Positions 46,974 through 55,583 of a stretch of DNA of 64,000 nt are shown in pieces (within the stretch, counting starts at the first letter, position 1; every line of letters begins with the position of its first letter). The notes beneath the pieces were generated by a model. The model had not been told where the DNA came from. It saw nothing but the letters and a program-made list of their open reading frames with translations, and made no database searches. The position numbers and the translations under genes were made by a program. The DNA lies in the NCBI GenBank assembly GCA_025457885.1, contig JALOTN010000001.1, forward strand, positions 2,822-66,821. The letters run 5' to 3'. This DNA is from Thermoplasmatota archaeon (GTDB lineage: Archaea > Thermoplasmatota > E2 > DHVEG-1).

Positions 46974-47330
46974 TTATTCTATATTCAATCCGTTCAGCCG
47001 TTTTTTTAATTCAGTATAGACTACTTGTTTCTTCTTGGAGGTTAGGTGAAAGAGTGTTTTAGAAATCATGGCTGCTGAGATGGTGAAGATATAGTTTAAT
47101 TTAATCACGCTGTCCTGTATTGCGCCCTCTTCTTTCGAAAGTGGGATTCCTTTCATCTTCGTATTGCTTGTTATTCCTGCGACAACAATGTTATCGAATT
47201 CTTCGAAGAGAATAAGAGCAGGTCTTTTTTTAATTTCGAACGTATCGGTGAACTGTACCTGGGCAAGAACGACATCGCCGGGTCTACGCATCATTCCACG
47301 CCTCGTCTTCCTTATTGTCCCAAAGCTCAT
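46974..47330 (-). CDS. type II toxin, PemK/MazF-like endoribonuclease
   Basis: ...RRPGDVVLAQVQFTD...KKRPALIL...NIVVAGITSN... fits the MazF/PemK SH3-like core. The true start is probably the internal MMRRPGD. Confidence 0.55.
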   Translation of the reverse strand: MSFGTIRKTRRGMMRRPGDVVLAQVQFTDTFEIKKRPALILFEEFDNIVVAGITSNTKMKGIPLSKEEGAIQDSVIKLNYIFTISAAMISKTLFHLTSKKKQVVYTELKKRLNGLNIE

Positions 47331-47511
47331 TCATCTTGGGTTGTTGTATCTTATGCAAGAACTCGTCGTACTGGTTTCTTTTCTTGAGATTTCTGATGAT
47401 TTCGATCATGTGTACGATCAGTTCATTATAGGTCTGTCGTGGATACTCCTTGTTTTTTTTCAGGGATTCAACTACGGATTTATCCAATTGAATCGTTGTC
47501 ACCTTGCTCAC
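47284..47511 (-). CDS. antitoxin, ribbon-helix-helix-like
   Basis: 75 aa upstream of and overlapping the toxin gene. N-terminal beta-strand TTIQLDKSVVESLKK followed by helices. Confidence 0.45.
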   Translation of the reverse strand: MSKVTTIQLDKSVVESLKKNKEYPRQTYNELIVHMIEIIRNLKKRNQYDEFLHKIQQPKMNELWDNKEDEAWNDA

Positions 47512-47583
47512 TATATATCACCTATAGTTACTATATAGAACATTATATATAAAGATTTTGTCAAAGTCCAACATAAAAGTAGC

Positions 47584-47657
47584 GGACGTGGCGGGATTCG
47601 AACCCGCGGTTACCGACTTAGAAGGCCGGTGCCTTATCCAGGCTAGGCCACACGCCC
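47584..47657 (-). tRNA. tRNA-Arg (anticodon TCT)
   Basis: Cloverleaf folded by hand: acceptor GGGCGUG/CACGUCC (one G-U), D-stem GCCU/AGGC, anticodon stem CCGGC/GUCGG with loop CUUCUAA, T-arm GCGGG-UUCGAAU-CCCGC, discriminator G. CCA not encoded. Confidence 0.75.
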
Positions 47658-47668
47658 AAAGAGAGTAG

Positions 47669-47756
47669 CGCTGAGGGGGAGATTCGAACTCCCGCTCCCC
47701 TTGCGGAGAACCGGCTCTCAAGGCCGGCGCGGTGGACCGAGCTTTGCTACCTCAGC
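47669..47756 (-). tRNA. tRNA-Ser (anticodon TGA), type II with long variable arm
   Basis: Acceptor GCUGAGG/CCUCAGC. Anticodon stem CCGGC/GCCGG with loop CUUGAGA. Variable arm CUCC-GCAAGG-GGAG. T-arm GGGAG-UUCGAAU-CUCCC. G73. Confidence 0.7.
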
Positions 47757-47810
47757 AGTGTTTCAGCTATACTGCAAGGGTATAAGATATTCTTATAAAA
47801 AAGGGTTGTT

Positions 47811-48125
47811 CTAGGATTTCAGAACAATCTCGATGTGTACACCATCAGGGACCTGGATTCTCATCAGCTGCCGCAATGCACGATCGCTGGCATCCAGATC
47901 GATGAGTCGTTTATGGATACGCATCTCCCAATGGTCAATGGTCTCCGTGCCCTCGCCATCGGGTGATTTCCTACAGGGAACCCGCAGCCGTTTCGTCGGC
48001 ATCGGCACCGGTCCTCGCAACGCGACACCGGTCTTTTCTGCAATCATCTTAATTTGCGTACACACTTCCTCAAGCTTTGTTGATTCCGTGCTGGTCAATG
48101 AAATTCGTGCTTTCTGTGCTGGCAT
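47811..48125 (-). CDS. rps10: 30S ribosomal protein S10
   Basis: ...[46 protein letters not shown]... is the conserved S10 core. Lies immediately downstream of tuf, as in archaea. Confidence 0.9.
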   Translation of the reverse strand: MPAQKARISLTSTESTKLEEVCTQIKMIAEKTGVALRGPVPMPTKRLRVPCRKSPDGEGTETIDHWEMRIHKRLIDLDASDRALRQLMRIQVPDGVHIEIVLKS

Positions 48126-48173
48126 ACGTGGTTGCCCCCGTTAAAATAAATAAAGAAGAAGAGAGGAGGAAAT

Positions 48174-49457
48174 TTACTTTGCCGCCTCGACTTCTAAACA
48201 GACACCAGCTGCGACGGTCTGCCCCATATCTCGGATGGCGAATCTCCCAAGCTGTGGGATCTTCTTTGATGATTCGATGACCATCGGACGGGTGGGGATG
48301 ATTTTAACGATCGCGGCATCTCCTGTTTTGATGAAATCAGGGTTCTCTTCTTTGACTTGCCCGGTCTTCGGATCCAGCTTCTTCTGGATCTCTTCAAATC
48401 TGCAGGCGACTTGCGCCGTGTAGCAGTGGAAGACAGGCGTGTATCCTTTCGTAATGACAGATGGGTGGTTCAGAACCATGATCTGTGCGATGAATGATTT
48501 TGCGACAGTGGGTGGGTCGTTTGTTGGTCCTGCGACGTCACCTCGTTTGATATCTCCCTTGTTGACACCGCGGACGTTGACACCAATGTTGTCTCCAGGC
48601 ATTGCCTCATTGATCATCTCATGGTGCATCTCAATGGTTTTGACTTCACCAACAACACCACCAGGTTTCATGCTGGGTTTGAACATCAGGCTCATCCCGG
48701 GTTTCATGATACCGCACTCGACCTTTCCGACAGGGACGGTCCCGACACCTTTAATGGTGTAGACGTCCTGGATTGGCCATCGGAGTGGAAGGTTCACGGG
48801 TTTTTCTGGGAGAATAAATTTGTCAATTGCTTTTAGAATGGTATCGCCGGTCCACCAGGTGATTCCCTTTTTATCTTTAATATTATCTCCTTCGAATGCA
48901 GAGACAGGGACGAATTGCAGTTGTTCATCTTTGTATCCAACGCTTTTTGCTAATGCATGCACATCCGCTTTGACGGTTTCATAGCGGGCTTTATCGTAGG
49001 GTGGTGTAGTAGCATCCATCTGGTTGATCGCGACGATCATCTGTTTGACACCCAAGGTTCGAGCAAGGAACATGTGTTCCTTTGTCTGTGCCATGACACC
49101 ATGTTGGGCAGCAACGACAAGGATTGCCGCGTCAGCCTGGGATGTACCAGTGATCATGTTTTTCACGAAATCTCGGTGACCCGGAGCATCAATGATGGTG
49201 ATGTAATATTTATCTGTATCAAATCGCTTGTGCGCGACATCAATAGTGACTCCTCGTTCTCGTTCCTCTTTCAGTTGGTCGAAAATCCAGGCAAGAGCGA
49301 AACTTTCTTTCCCTTTTGCTTTTGCTTCTTCTTTGAATTTTTCAACCATATGTGCTGGGAACTGTCCGGTATCAAGTAAGATTCTTCCGACGAGTGTGGA
49401 CTTGCCGTGATCGACGTGACCAATAATTACTAAATTTAGGTGTGGTTTTTCAGCCAT
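48174..49457 (-). CDS. tuf: translation elongation factor 1-alpha (aEF-1alpha)
   Basis: [27 protein letters not shown]...DAPGHRDF...NQMD; full-length GTPase with archaeal/eukaryotic EF1A motifs. Confidence 0.95.
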   Translation of the reverse strand: MAEKPHLNLVIIGHVDHGKSTLVGRILLDTGQFPAHMVEKFKEEAKAKGKESFALAWIFDQLKEERERGVTIDVAHKRFDTDKYYITIIDAPGHRDFVKNMITGTSQADAAILVVAAQHGVMAQTKEHMFLARTLGVKQMIVAINQMDATTPPYDKARYETVKADVHALAKSVGYKDEQLQFVPVSAFEGDNIKDKKGITWWTGDTILKAIDKFILPEKPVNLPLRWPIQDVYTIKGVGTVPVGKVECGIMKPGMSLMFKPSMKPGGVVGEVKTIEMHHEMINEAMPGDNIGVNVRGVNKGDIKRGDVAGPTNDPPTVAKSFIAQIMVLNHPSVITKGYTPVFHCYTAQVACRFEEIQKKLDPKTGQVKEENPDFIKTGDAAIVKIIPTRPMVIESSKKIPQLGRFAIRDMGQTVAAGVCLEVEAAK

Positions 49458-49609
49458 AATTTTACCTCCAAGAGTCTACATTTCTATTCAGTATTTATCT
49501 TTTCCTATTTCCTTTCTTTAGTTCGAAGGTTTGATAGCGTATAGGCTTCTTATTTATAAGTTTTACCTAGATGACAGGAGACGCGTCTCTGTATTCAAAA
49601 AAGAGTTCA

Positions 49610-50992
49610 CTATCCACTTTGTATGAACGAATCGACAATGTTTTTGTAATATGTCGCTACTTGCTCAGCTTTCTGCTTTTGTTTCGCTTCAACATACACT
49701 CGGAAAATCGGCTCAGTCCCAGAGGGACGCATCAGGACCCATCCATCGGTCATGAATACTTTCAATCCATCGATTCTATCGATACGGATGATTTCTTTAT
49801 GATGTTTCATCTCTTCAGCTAAGCGGTCCATGACTGGTATTTTTTTCTCATTAGGGCAGCTAATCTTTGTTTTGAACATCTCATAGGAAGGAATATGCGC
49901 AATCAGTTCTGATAATGGTTTTTCCTCTGATGCGAGAATCTCAAGCATGGTTACAAGAGACATCGCGGAGTCACGACAGTACTGGAACGCTGGGAAGATA
50001 AGACCCCCGTTCTCTTCTCCTCCGAACACCGCCTGGTTCTTTTTCATCACCTCAGCGACGATAGGGGAACCGACCTTTGTGTAGATAACCTTCCCATTGT
50101 TCTGAGTGATGACGTCCTCAAAACAGGTGGAGGTTGTGACAGGTGTGACAGTGATTCCTCCTTTTGTTTTCTTCATCATATACTGTCCAACCAAGGAGAG
50201 TGATTTATCCCCCCAGAGGTATGAACCATTCTCATCAATGAAAATCGCCCGATCTGCGTCTCCATCGAGACCGACCCCGAACGACGCATGTGTCTCAGAG
50301 ACTTTTTTCATAAGACCAGTGAGATTCTCTGGTATTGGTTCTGAATGACGACCAGGGAATCTTCCATCTGGTTCACAATTCAGCAGGGTGACTGTACATC
50401 CGAGTTTTTTCAATAGTAATGGTGCGACAAGGCTTCCTGCACCGTTTCCACAGTCAAGGACCACATGAAAATGGTGTTTTTTGATTTTGGAGACATCCAC
50501 CTGTGACAGCACACCTTTGATGTACAGCTCGATGGCGCCAGACCAGGTTGAATATCGACCAACAGTCCTCCAGTCTGATAATAAGAATTGTTTTGAGAAG
50601 TAGATTTGTTCGATTGCCTCCTCAACATCTTTTGTCAGCTCTGCCCCATCGTTTGCTGTTCCTTTGATTCCATTGTAGAGAGGTGGGTTGTGGGAAGCAG
50701 TGATGATGACACCAGCGTCGAAGTGCTTTTCCTTCACAGTATATTGAAGAGTTGGCGTGGGAACAACTCCGACGTCAACGATGTCACAGCCTGTAGAGAG
50801 AAAACCCGCGGTGACTGCGGATTTCAACATATGGTTTGAAAGCCGTGCGTCGGTCCCAATGACGCAGGTCGGCCGAGGAATTGTGTTCTTCAGATAAGTC
50901 CCATAGGCTTGTCCGATTTCCATGGCAAGAGTGCTGTTCATATCTTGGTTGACGACGCCTCTGATGCCGTTAGTGCCAAACAACCGGGTCAT
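49610..50992 (-). CDS. alpha-D-phosphohexomutase (phosphoglucosamine/phosphomannomutase, archaeal GlmM-like)
   Basis: FGTNGIRG N-terminus, active-site ITASHNPP (TASHNP phosphoserine loop), metal-binding GVGLDGDADR. Confidence 0.8.
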   Translation of the reverse strand: MTRLFGTNGIRGVVNQDMNSTLAMEIGQAYGTYLKNTIPRPTCVIGTDARLSNHMLKSAVTAGFLSTGCDIVDVGVVPTPTLQYTVKEKHFDAGVIITASHNPPLYNGIKGTANDGAELTKDVEEAIEQIYFSKQFLLSDWRTVGRYSTWSGAIELYIKGVLSQVDVSKIKKHHFHVVLDCGNGAGSLVAPLLLKKLGCTVTLLNCEPDGRFPGRHSEPIPENLTGLMKKVSETHASFGVGLDGDADRAIFIDENGSYLWGDKSLSLVGQYMMKKTKGGITVTPVTTSTCFEDVITQNNGKVIYTKVGSPIVAEVMKKNQAVFGGEENGGLIFPAFQYCRDSAMSLVTMLEILASEEKPLSELIAHIPSYEMFKTKISCPNEKKIPVMDRLAEEMKHHKEIIRIDRIDGLKVFMTDGWVLMRPSGTEPIFRVYVEAKQKQKAEQVATYYKNIVDSFIQSG

Positions 50993-51006
50993 TTCCTTCT
51001 CCTTCT

Positions 51007-52404
51007 TTAGTGGGTTGTTTTTCTTTGTTGGATCATTTCCTGTGTTTTTTTCAGAAACCTTGTGGAGAGCTCTTCAAGGATTTCTGGTGTGTCCGCTTCT
51101 GCGGTTAACCGGATGATCGGGCTGGTGTTTGAGGCACGTATGAGCACCCAGCCTTCTTTGAAATCCACTCGCACGCCATCCAGGGTGTTTACCTGCTTGT
51201 ATTCCTTTGAAAGCTGCTGCTGTAGCTGCGTGATGACCTCGAATTTCAGAGTATCTGCGCATTCGATTTCTTCTTTTCTGGTTGGATAGCTGGGGAATTC
51301 AATGACCAGGTCGTGAAGTGGCTGTTTGACTTGCTCCAGGATCTGAGCGATCTTCAAGGGAACAACGATAGCATCATCGAACAGGAAATATTCTGGGATG
51401 ATGAGATGACCAGAGGATTCTATCCCAAGAAGGGCATGGGTCTGTTTTGCCTCCAATGTTAAGAAGGTATGACCGACCTGGATTTGTTTGATATGATGCC
51501 CTAAAGGCTCGAGTTGTTCTTTGACTGTTTTGCTGCATTCGACGTTGATGATGATGGTTCCTTTGTTGTTTTTCAGACCATGTTTCCCGATGATGATGCC
51601 GGTTTGGTCTGCGGAGAGAATCTGCCCGGTGTTATCCACGATAACTGCACGGTCTCCGTCACCATCAAAGGCGACACCAAAATCACAGTGGTTGTTCTTC
51701 ACGGTTTGGACAAGGGTCGTCAGATTCTTTGGTTTCGGGTCTGAGGGGCGTTTGGAGAAGCTGGGGTCCGGGTCGCAGAACACCGGGGTCACCTGCAAAC
51801 CAATATTGGTGAAGATTTCTGGTGCGGAAAGCGTCATACTAGCTCCCCCACAGTCAAGTGCGACCCTGATTTTTTTCTGAAACTTGAATTTCGATGAGAA
51901 GAACTCCTGGTATCTCTCTGTTGCATCAACCGCGGTGACCTGACCAATCTGATCCCATGAGACAAGCTTGAAGGAATCCTGAAGGACTAGGTCTCGTATC
52001 GCCATGAGGTTCTGCTCAGGGAACCCGACACCATCCCCGTAATAGAACTTGATGCCGTTCCATTCCGGTGGCAAATGGCTTGCGGTGACAAACGCAATCA
52101 AATCAGCCTTCAGTTTTCCTCCTGTGTAAAGGGTTTGACCAAACGAGGTCGTCCCGGTATAATCGATATGGACACCGGTCGCAGTGACTCCGGCGATGAA
52201 CGCATGAGCCAGGCTTTGGCTGGATTGTCGGATATCACCCCCGACCGTGATATGCGTCCCTCTCATAGTGTGTTTCACATAGGTGCCCGCTGCTAAACCA
52301 ATTTTATAGAAGACTTCAGGGGTGACGTCTTTGTTGTATAATCCTCTGATGTCGTACGCCCGGAAAATAAGTGGTGATATTGGTTGGTTCATAACAGAAG
52401 ACAT
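51007..52404 (-). CDS. alpha-D-phosphohexomutase (phosphomannomutase/phosphoglucomutase family), paralogue
   Basis: FRAYDIRG N-terminus, TASHLPPEWNG phosphoserine loop, GVAFDGDGDR metal loop. Confidence 0.8.
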   Translation of the reverse strand: MSSVMNQPISPLIFRAYDIRGLYNKDVTPEVFYKIGLAAGTYVKHTMRGTHITVGGDIRQSSQSLAHAFIAGVTATGVHIDYTGTTSFGQTLYTGGKLKADLIAFVTASHLPPEWNGIKFYYGDGVGFPEQNLMAIRDLVLQDSFKLVSWDQIGQVTAVDATERYQEFFSSKFKFQKKIRVALDCGGASMTLSAPEIFTNIGLQVTPVFCDPDPSFSKRPSDPKPKNLTTLVQTVKNNHCDFGVAFDGDGDRAVIVDNTGQILSADQTGIIIGKHGLKNNKGTIIINVECSKTVKEQLEPLGHHIKQIQVGHTFLTLEAKQTHALLGIESSGHLIIPEYFLFDDAIVVPLKIAQILEQVKQPLHDLVIEFPSYPTRKEEIECADTLKFEVITQLQQQLSKEYKQVNTLDGVRVDFKEGWVLIRASNTSPIIRLTAEADTPEILEELSTRFLKKTQEMIQQRKTTH

Positions 52405-52446
52405 GAGCTGCTGGTTATAAAAATCTGATTGCTCAATGACCGTGTG

Positions 52447-53475
52447 TTACTCCCCGATGACATTCCCAATCTGTTTGCTAGGGTACCCCTCGGGTATTGG
52501 TTGGTTCCAGACTACGGCGTTCTCCAGGCTGGTCCCCTGCCGGATGCTTTCGTTATCACCGACAGCGACATTCCGAAGCATCACCCCATCCCCGATGGTG
52601 ACATTCTGACCAATCACACAATGGTCCATCGTGACGTTCTCCCCAACAACGACCTCATCGAATAACACACTTGAGTCAATCGATGAATTCTTCCCCACCG
52701 TCACTTTGTTTCCCACGCAAGACAGCTGCAGTTTCCCATATACGTTGCATTGCTCCCCTTGAATGAATGTTTTTTTCTGTTTCTCCAACAACAATCGATG
52801 GACAGAAAGATAGCTACTGATCCTTCCCACATCAATCCAATGTCCTTGGAATTTATACCCGAAGAACCGCCCGGTGTTCTGGATAATCTGCGGGAAGATT
52901 TCTTTTTCCATGGAGACGAGTTTACCAGATTCGATATAGTTTAGCACCTGTGGCTCCAGCAGGTACGCCCCGGCGTTAATCAGATCAGAAGGGGCATCCT
53001 CCGCTTTGGGTTTCTCAACAAATTTCGTAATCGCCCCATCGTTCCTGATGTCCACCACCCCAAACTCAGAGACATTCTCCACAGGCCAAAGGGAGATGGT
53101 CGCCACTGCTTTTTTCCGCTCATGGAATCGGAGCATCTCCCCTAGATTCAGCGAACAGATGATATCTGCATTGAGCACAAAGAAATTCCCGACGATATGC
53201 TTCTCCGCAAACTTCACTGCCCCACCAGTCCCTAATGGTTCTGGTTCTTCGTTGACAATGATGGTCCTGCCAAAATCATGACTACAGAAATACTCCTCGA
53301 TTTGTTCTCGTCGGTAATTCACCGCAAGAACAACCGTATCGACCTTCTTTGGTAACGTCTTGATCAAATGAGCAATCATCGGCTCATTCAGGATCGGTAA
53401 AAGCGATTTTGCTCGAGTAAACGTGAATGGTCGTAGTCGGGTGCCAAAGCCTCCAGCAAGGATAATTGCCTCCAT
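52447..53475 (-). CDS. bifunctional sugar-1-phosphate nucleotidyltransferase / left-handed-beta-helix acyltransferase (archaeal GlmU-like)
   Basis: N-terminal ILAGGFGTRLRPFT (NTP-transferase). C-terminal hexapeptide repeats (VGKNSSIDSSVL..., VGENVTMDHCVI..., IGDGVMLRNVAV...). Confidence 0.75.
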   Translation of the reverse strand: MEAIILAGGFGTRLRPFTFTRAKSLLPILNEPMIAHLIKTLPKKVDTVVLAVNYRREQIEEYFCSHDFGRTIIVNEEPEPLGTGGAVKFAEKHIVGNFFVLNADIICSLNLGEMLRFHERKKAVATISLWPVENVSEFGVVDIRNDGAITKFVEKPKAEDAPSDLINAGAYLLEPQVLNYIESGKLVSMEKEIFPQIIQNTGRFFGYKFQGHWIDVGRISSYLSVHRLLLEKQKKTFIQGEQCNVYGKLQLSCVGNKVTVGKNSSIDSSVLFDEVVVGENVTMDHCVIGQNVTIGDGVMLRNVAVGDNESIRQGTSLENAVVWNQPIPEGYPSKQIGNVIGE

Positions 53476-53614
53476 ATGAATCCCTATATGATGTTCTGAG
53501 ACCCTGAAATGGTTGTTGCGTATTAAATCGTTTCTTTTCTGTGAATATCAGAAATAAACGAAAAGAATTTATATGATTAGAATATTATAATTACAACAGA
53601 CCTTAGGGGATACC

Positions 53615-54475
53615 ATGAAAAGAAACATAAAAATTAGCATATGCATCATTTCACTAATCTGTGCTGCTGTTTTGATCACTCCGGTGAGTGCTGTTGGATT
53701 CAACAGACTTTCTGCAACGTCCGAAACCACCAAGCCCCAACAAACAATGCAATCACAATACTGGGCATTATTATTCGCGGTCGGCACCTACGAGGGAAAT
53801 CCAGATCAGGATCGCCCATCGATGCTGGACGCCTGTGACGCTTTATATGACACCCTTCTGGATTCACCACAAAACTGGCAGGCAAGCAACATCCATGTCC
53901 AAAAAGGTGGACAATGTTATCTTCAGAATTTGATAAAAGAATTACTCTGGCTTCGGAAAAACTCCCGTAGTGAGGACTATGTGTTCATCTACCTAACCAC
54001 TCATGGGTTCTATCTGACAAAAAGCAATGGCGCTTTATGGGACCTCCCACCCAAGGACGAGCCAGATGGGACTGATGAATTTCTCTTCATGTACAATGGA
54101 TTTAGTACATCCTATGGTATCATCTGGGATGACCTGTTGAATTTCTTCGTCAGCATCATCCGATGCAAAGGCCTCTGCCTTGTGGTTGACAGCTGTTATA
54201 GTGGAGGGTTTAATGATATGCCACTACCAAGCTCCAACCAACTACGGTTCACCGCGATGTCCAGCCAAGAAAACGAGGTCTCCTATGGATCTACCTTCTC
54301 AGAATGGTTCATCAGCGGTTTAGCCGGATGGGGTGATTTCGGAGGGAATGGCGATGGTATTAACTCTGCGGAGGAAGCATACACCTGGGCTGAATTCTGG
54401 GTGAATCTCGGTGGCGAACAACACCCGACATACGTCGACTTATACGGCGGGGAAATGCCCCTCACCTATACCTAA
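53615..54475 (+). CDS. secreted legumain-like (clan CD, C13/C14-like) cysteine peptidase
   Basis: Signal peptide ISICIISLICAAVLITPVSA. VFIYLTTHGF (hydrophobic strand + His-Gly) and LCLVVDSCYSGGF (hydrophobic strand + D-x-C), about 65 aa apart, as in the legumain/caspase catalytic dyad. Confidence 0.6.
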   Translation: MKRNIKISICIISLICAAVLITPVSAVGFNRLSATSETTKPQQTMQSQYWALLFAVGTYEGNPDQDRPSMLDACDALYDTLLDSPQNWQASNIHVQKGGQCYLQNLIKELLWLRKNSRSEDYVFIYLTTHGFYLTKSNGALWDLPPKDEPDGTDEFLFMYNGFSTSYGIIWDDLLNFFVSIIRCKGLCLVVDSCYSGGFNDMPLPSSNQLRFTAMSSQENEVSYGSTFSEWFISGLAGWGDFGGNGDGINSAEEAYTWAEFWVNLGGEQHPTYVDLYGGEMPLTYT

Positions 54476-54572
54476 GAAAAAAAGAATACCTTCCGATTCG
54501 CTGGTACTGAAACATTTAAAAAGCAATAGAAATTCTGGTTACGCTACACACAAAGACAGTGTTCTCCCTATT

Positions 54573-54605
54573 GGGCTCGTGGTCTAGTTGGTTAAGATGA
54601 AGCCC
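54573..54605 (+). other. tRNA 5'-half-like fragment (acceptor stem + D-arm + start of anticodon stem), not a complete tRNA
   Basis: GGGCUCGUGGUCUAGUUGGUUAAGAUGAAGCCC. The first 26 nt have the canonical tRNA 5' layout (7-bp acceptor strand, U8, D-stem GUCU/AGAU, D-loop AGUUGGUUA). No matching anticodon 3' strand, T-arm or acceptor 3' strand within 300 nt on either strand. Confidence 0.4.
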
Positions 54606-54817
54606 ATATCTCTGCGCTAATCGCCGAGAAAATCGGCGAGTATCTCAGCGATATTTTCCTACGGACTCTTTCTCTTCTTATTTTTTAGTTAGAAAATAAC
54701 GAACAAGAGTGACTAATAAACGACAGGGCCGTTTATTCATGGCACGAGTGCCATTTCATGGGTGAGTGAGATTTAAATTATCCGTTGAACATACGTTCAA
54801 CTAATCGGGAGAAAATC

Positions 54818-55498
54818 ATGAATTCTGACAAAAAATATTACGATGAAAAACTTTCAGCGAATAAACTAAAAAGCTGTTACGAAATCGCCCCTCCTCGTAT
54901 CCTGCAATATCTTGAAGCTGAAGTGAATCACGTTCTTCAAAAAATCAATCCGGGCGATTCCGTTCTGGAACTTGGCTGCGGTTATGGGCGAATATTGCCG
55001 CAACTGGCCCAAAAAGCGGATATTGTAGTAGGCATTGATACGTCCCTTCAAAGCCTGGCTCTGGCCAAAGAAACGATTCAAGACTTTCAGAACTGTTACT
55101 TGGTGGGAATGGACGCTATCCAGCTTGCATTCGCCAATCAAATATTCGATGTCGTCGTCTGCATCCAAAACGGCATCTCGGCGTTTCACGTAGATAAGGC
55201 AGATTTGATAAGGGAAAGCATTCGTGTAACAAAACCAGGCGGAATCGTACTCTTTTCAAGCTATTCAGGCAAGTTTTGGCCTCACCGGCTGCACTGGTTC
55301 CAATTACAGTCAGACGCAGGGTTAATCGGGGAGATAGACTCTGAAAAAACCAGGGACGGAGTCATCGTCTGTAAAGATGGATTTACTGCGACAACTGTCA
55401 GTAAAAAACAATTCAAAACGTTAACACAAAGATTCAATGTAAAAACAAATATCGTCGAAGTGGATGAATCAAGTCTTTTTTGTGAGATTCATCCTTGA
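54818..55498 (+). CDS. class I SAM-dependent methyltransferase (type 11 domain)
   Basis: VLELGCGYGRILPQLA (motif I), VVGIDTS (motif II), PGGIVLFS (post-III). ATG at 54818 with GGGAG 8 nt upstream. The track ORF starts at a TTG inside a palindrome. Confidence 0.7.
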   Translation: MNSDKKYYDEKLSANKLKSCYEIAPPRILQYLEAEVNHVLQKINPGDSVLELGCGYGRILPQLAQKADIVVGIDTSLQSLALAKETIQDFQNCYLVGMDAIQLAFANQIFDVVVCIQNGISAFHVDKADLIRESIRVTKPGGIVLFSSYSGKFWPHRLHWFQLQSDAGLIGEIDSEKTRDGVIVCKDGFTATTVSKKQFKTLTQRFNVKTNIVEVDESSLFCEIHP

Positions 55499-55583
55499 TT
55501 AACAGTTACTAATATTTCCCCACGGACACTTTCTCTCTATTCTTTTTCTCCCTAATATCCAATCCAGCTAGTTTATTCTACTT

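Noticed and set aside
54476-54784. Possibility that the 309-nt spacer encodes SRP RNA, RNase P RNA or a complete intron-containing tRNA
   Set aside because: No conserved SRP helix-8 or RNase P P4 sequence elements. No T-arm or acceptor 3' strand on either strand. Only a tRNA 5'-like fragment remains.
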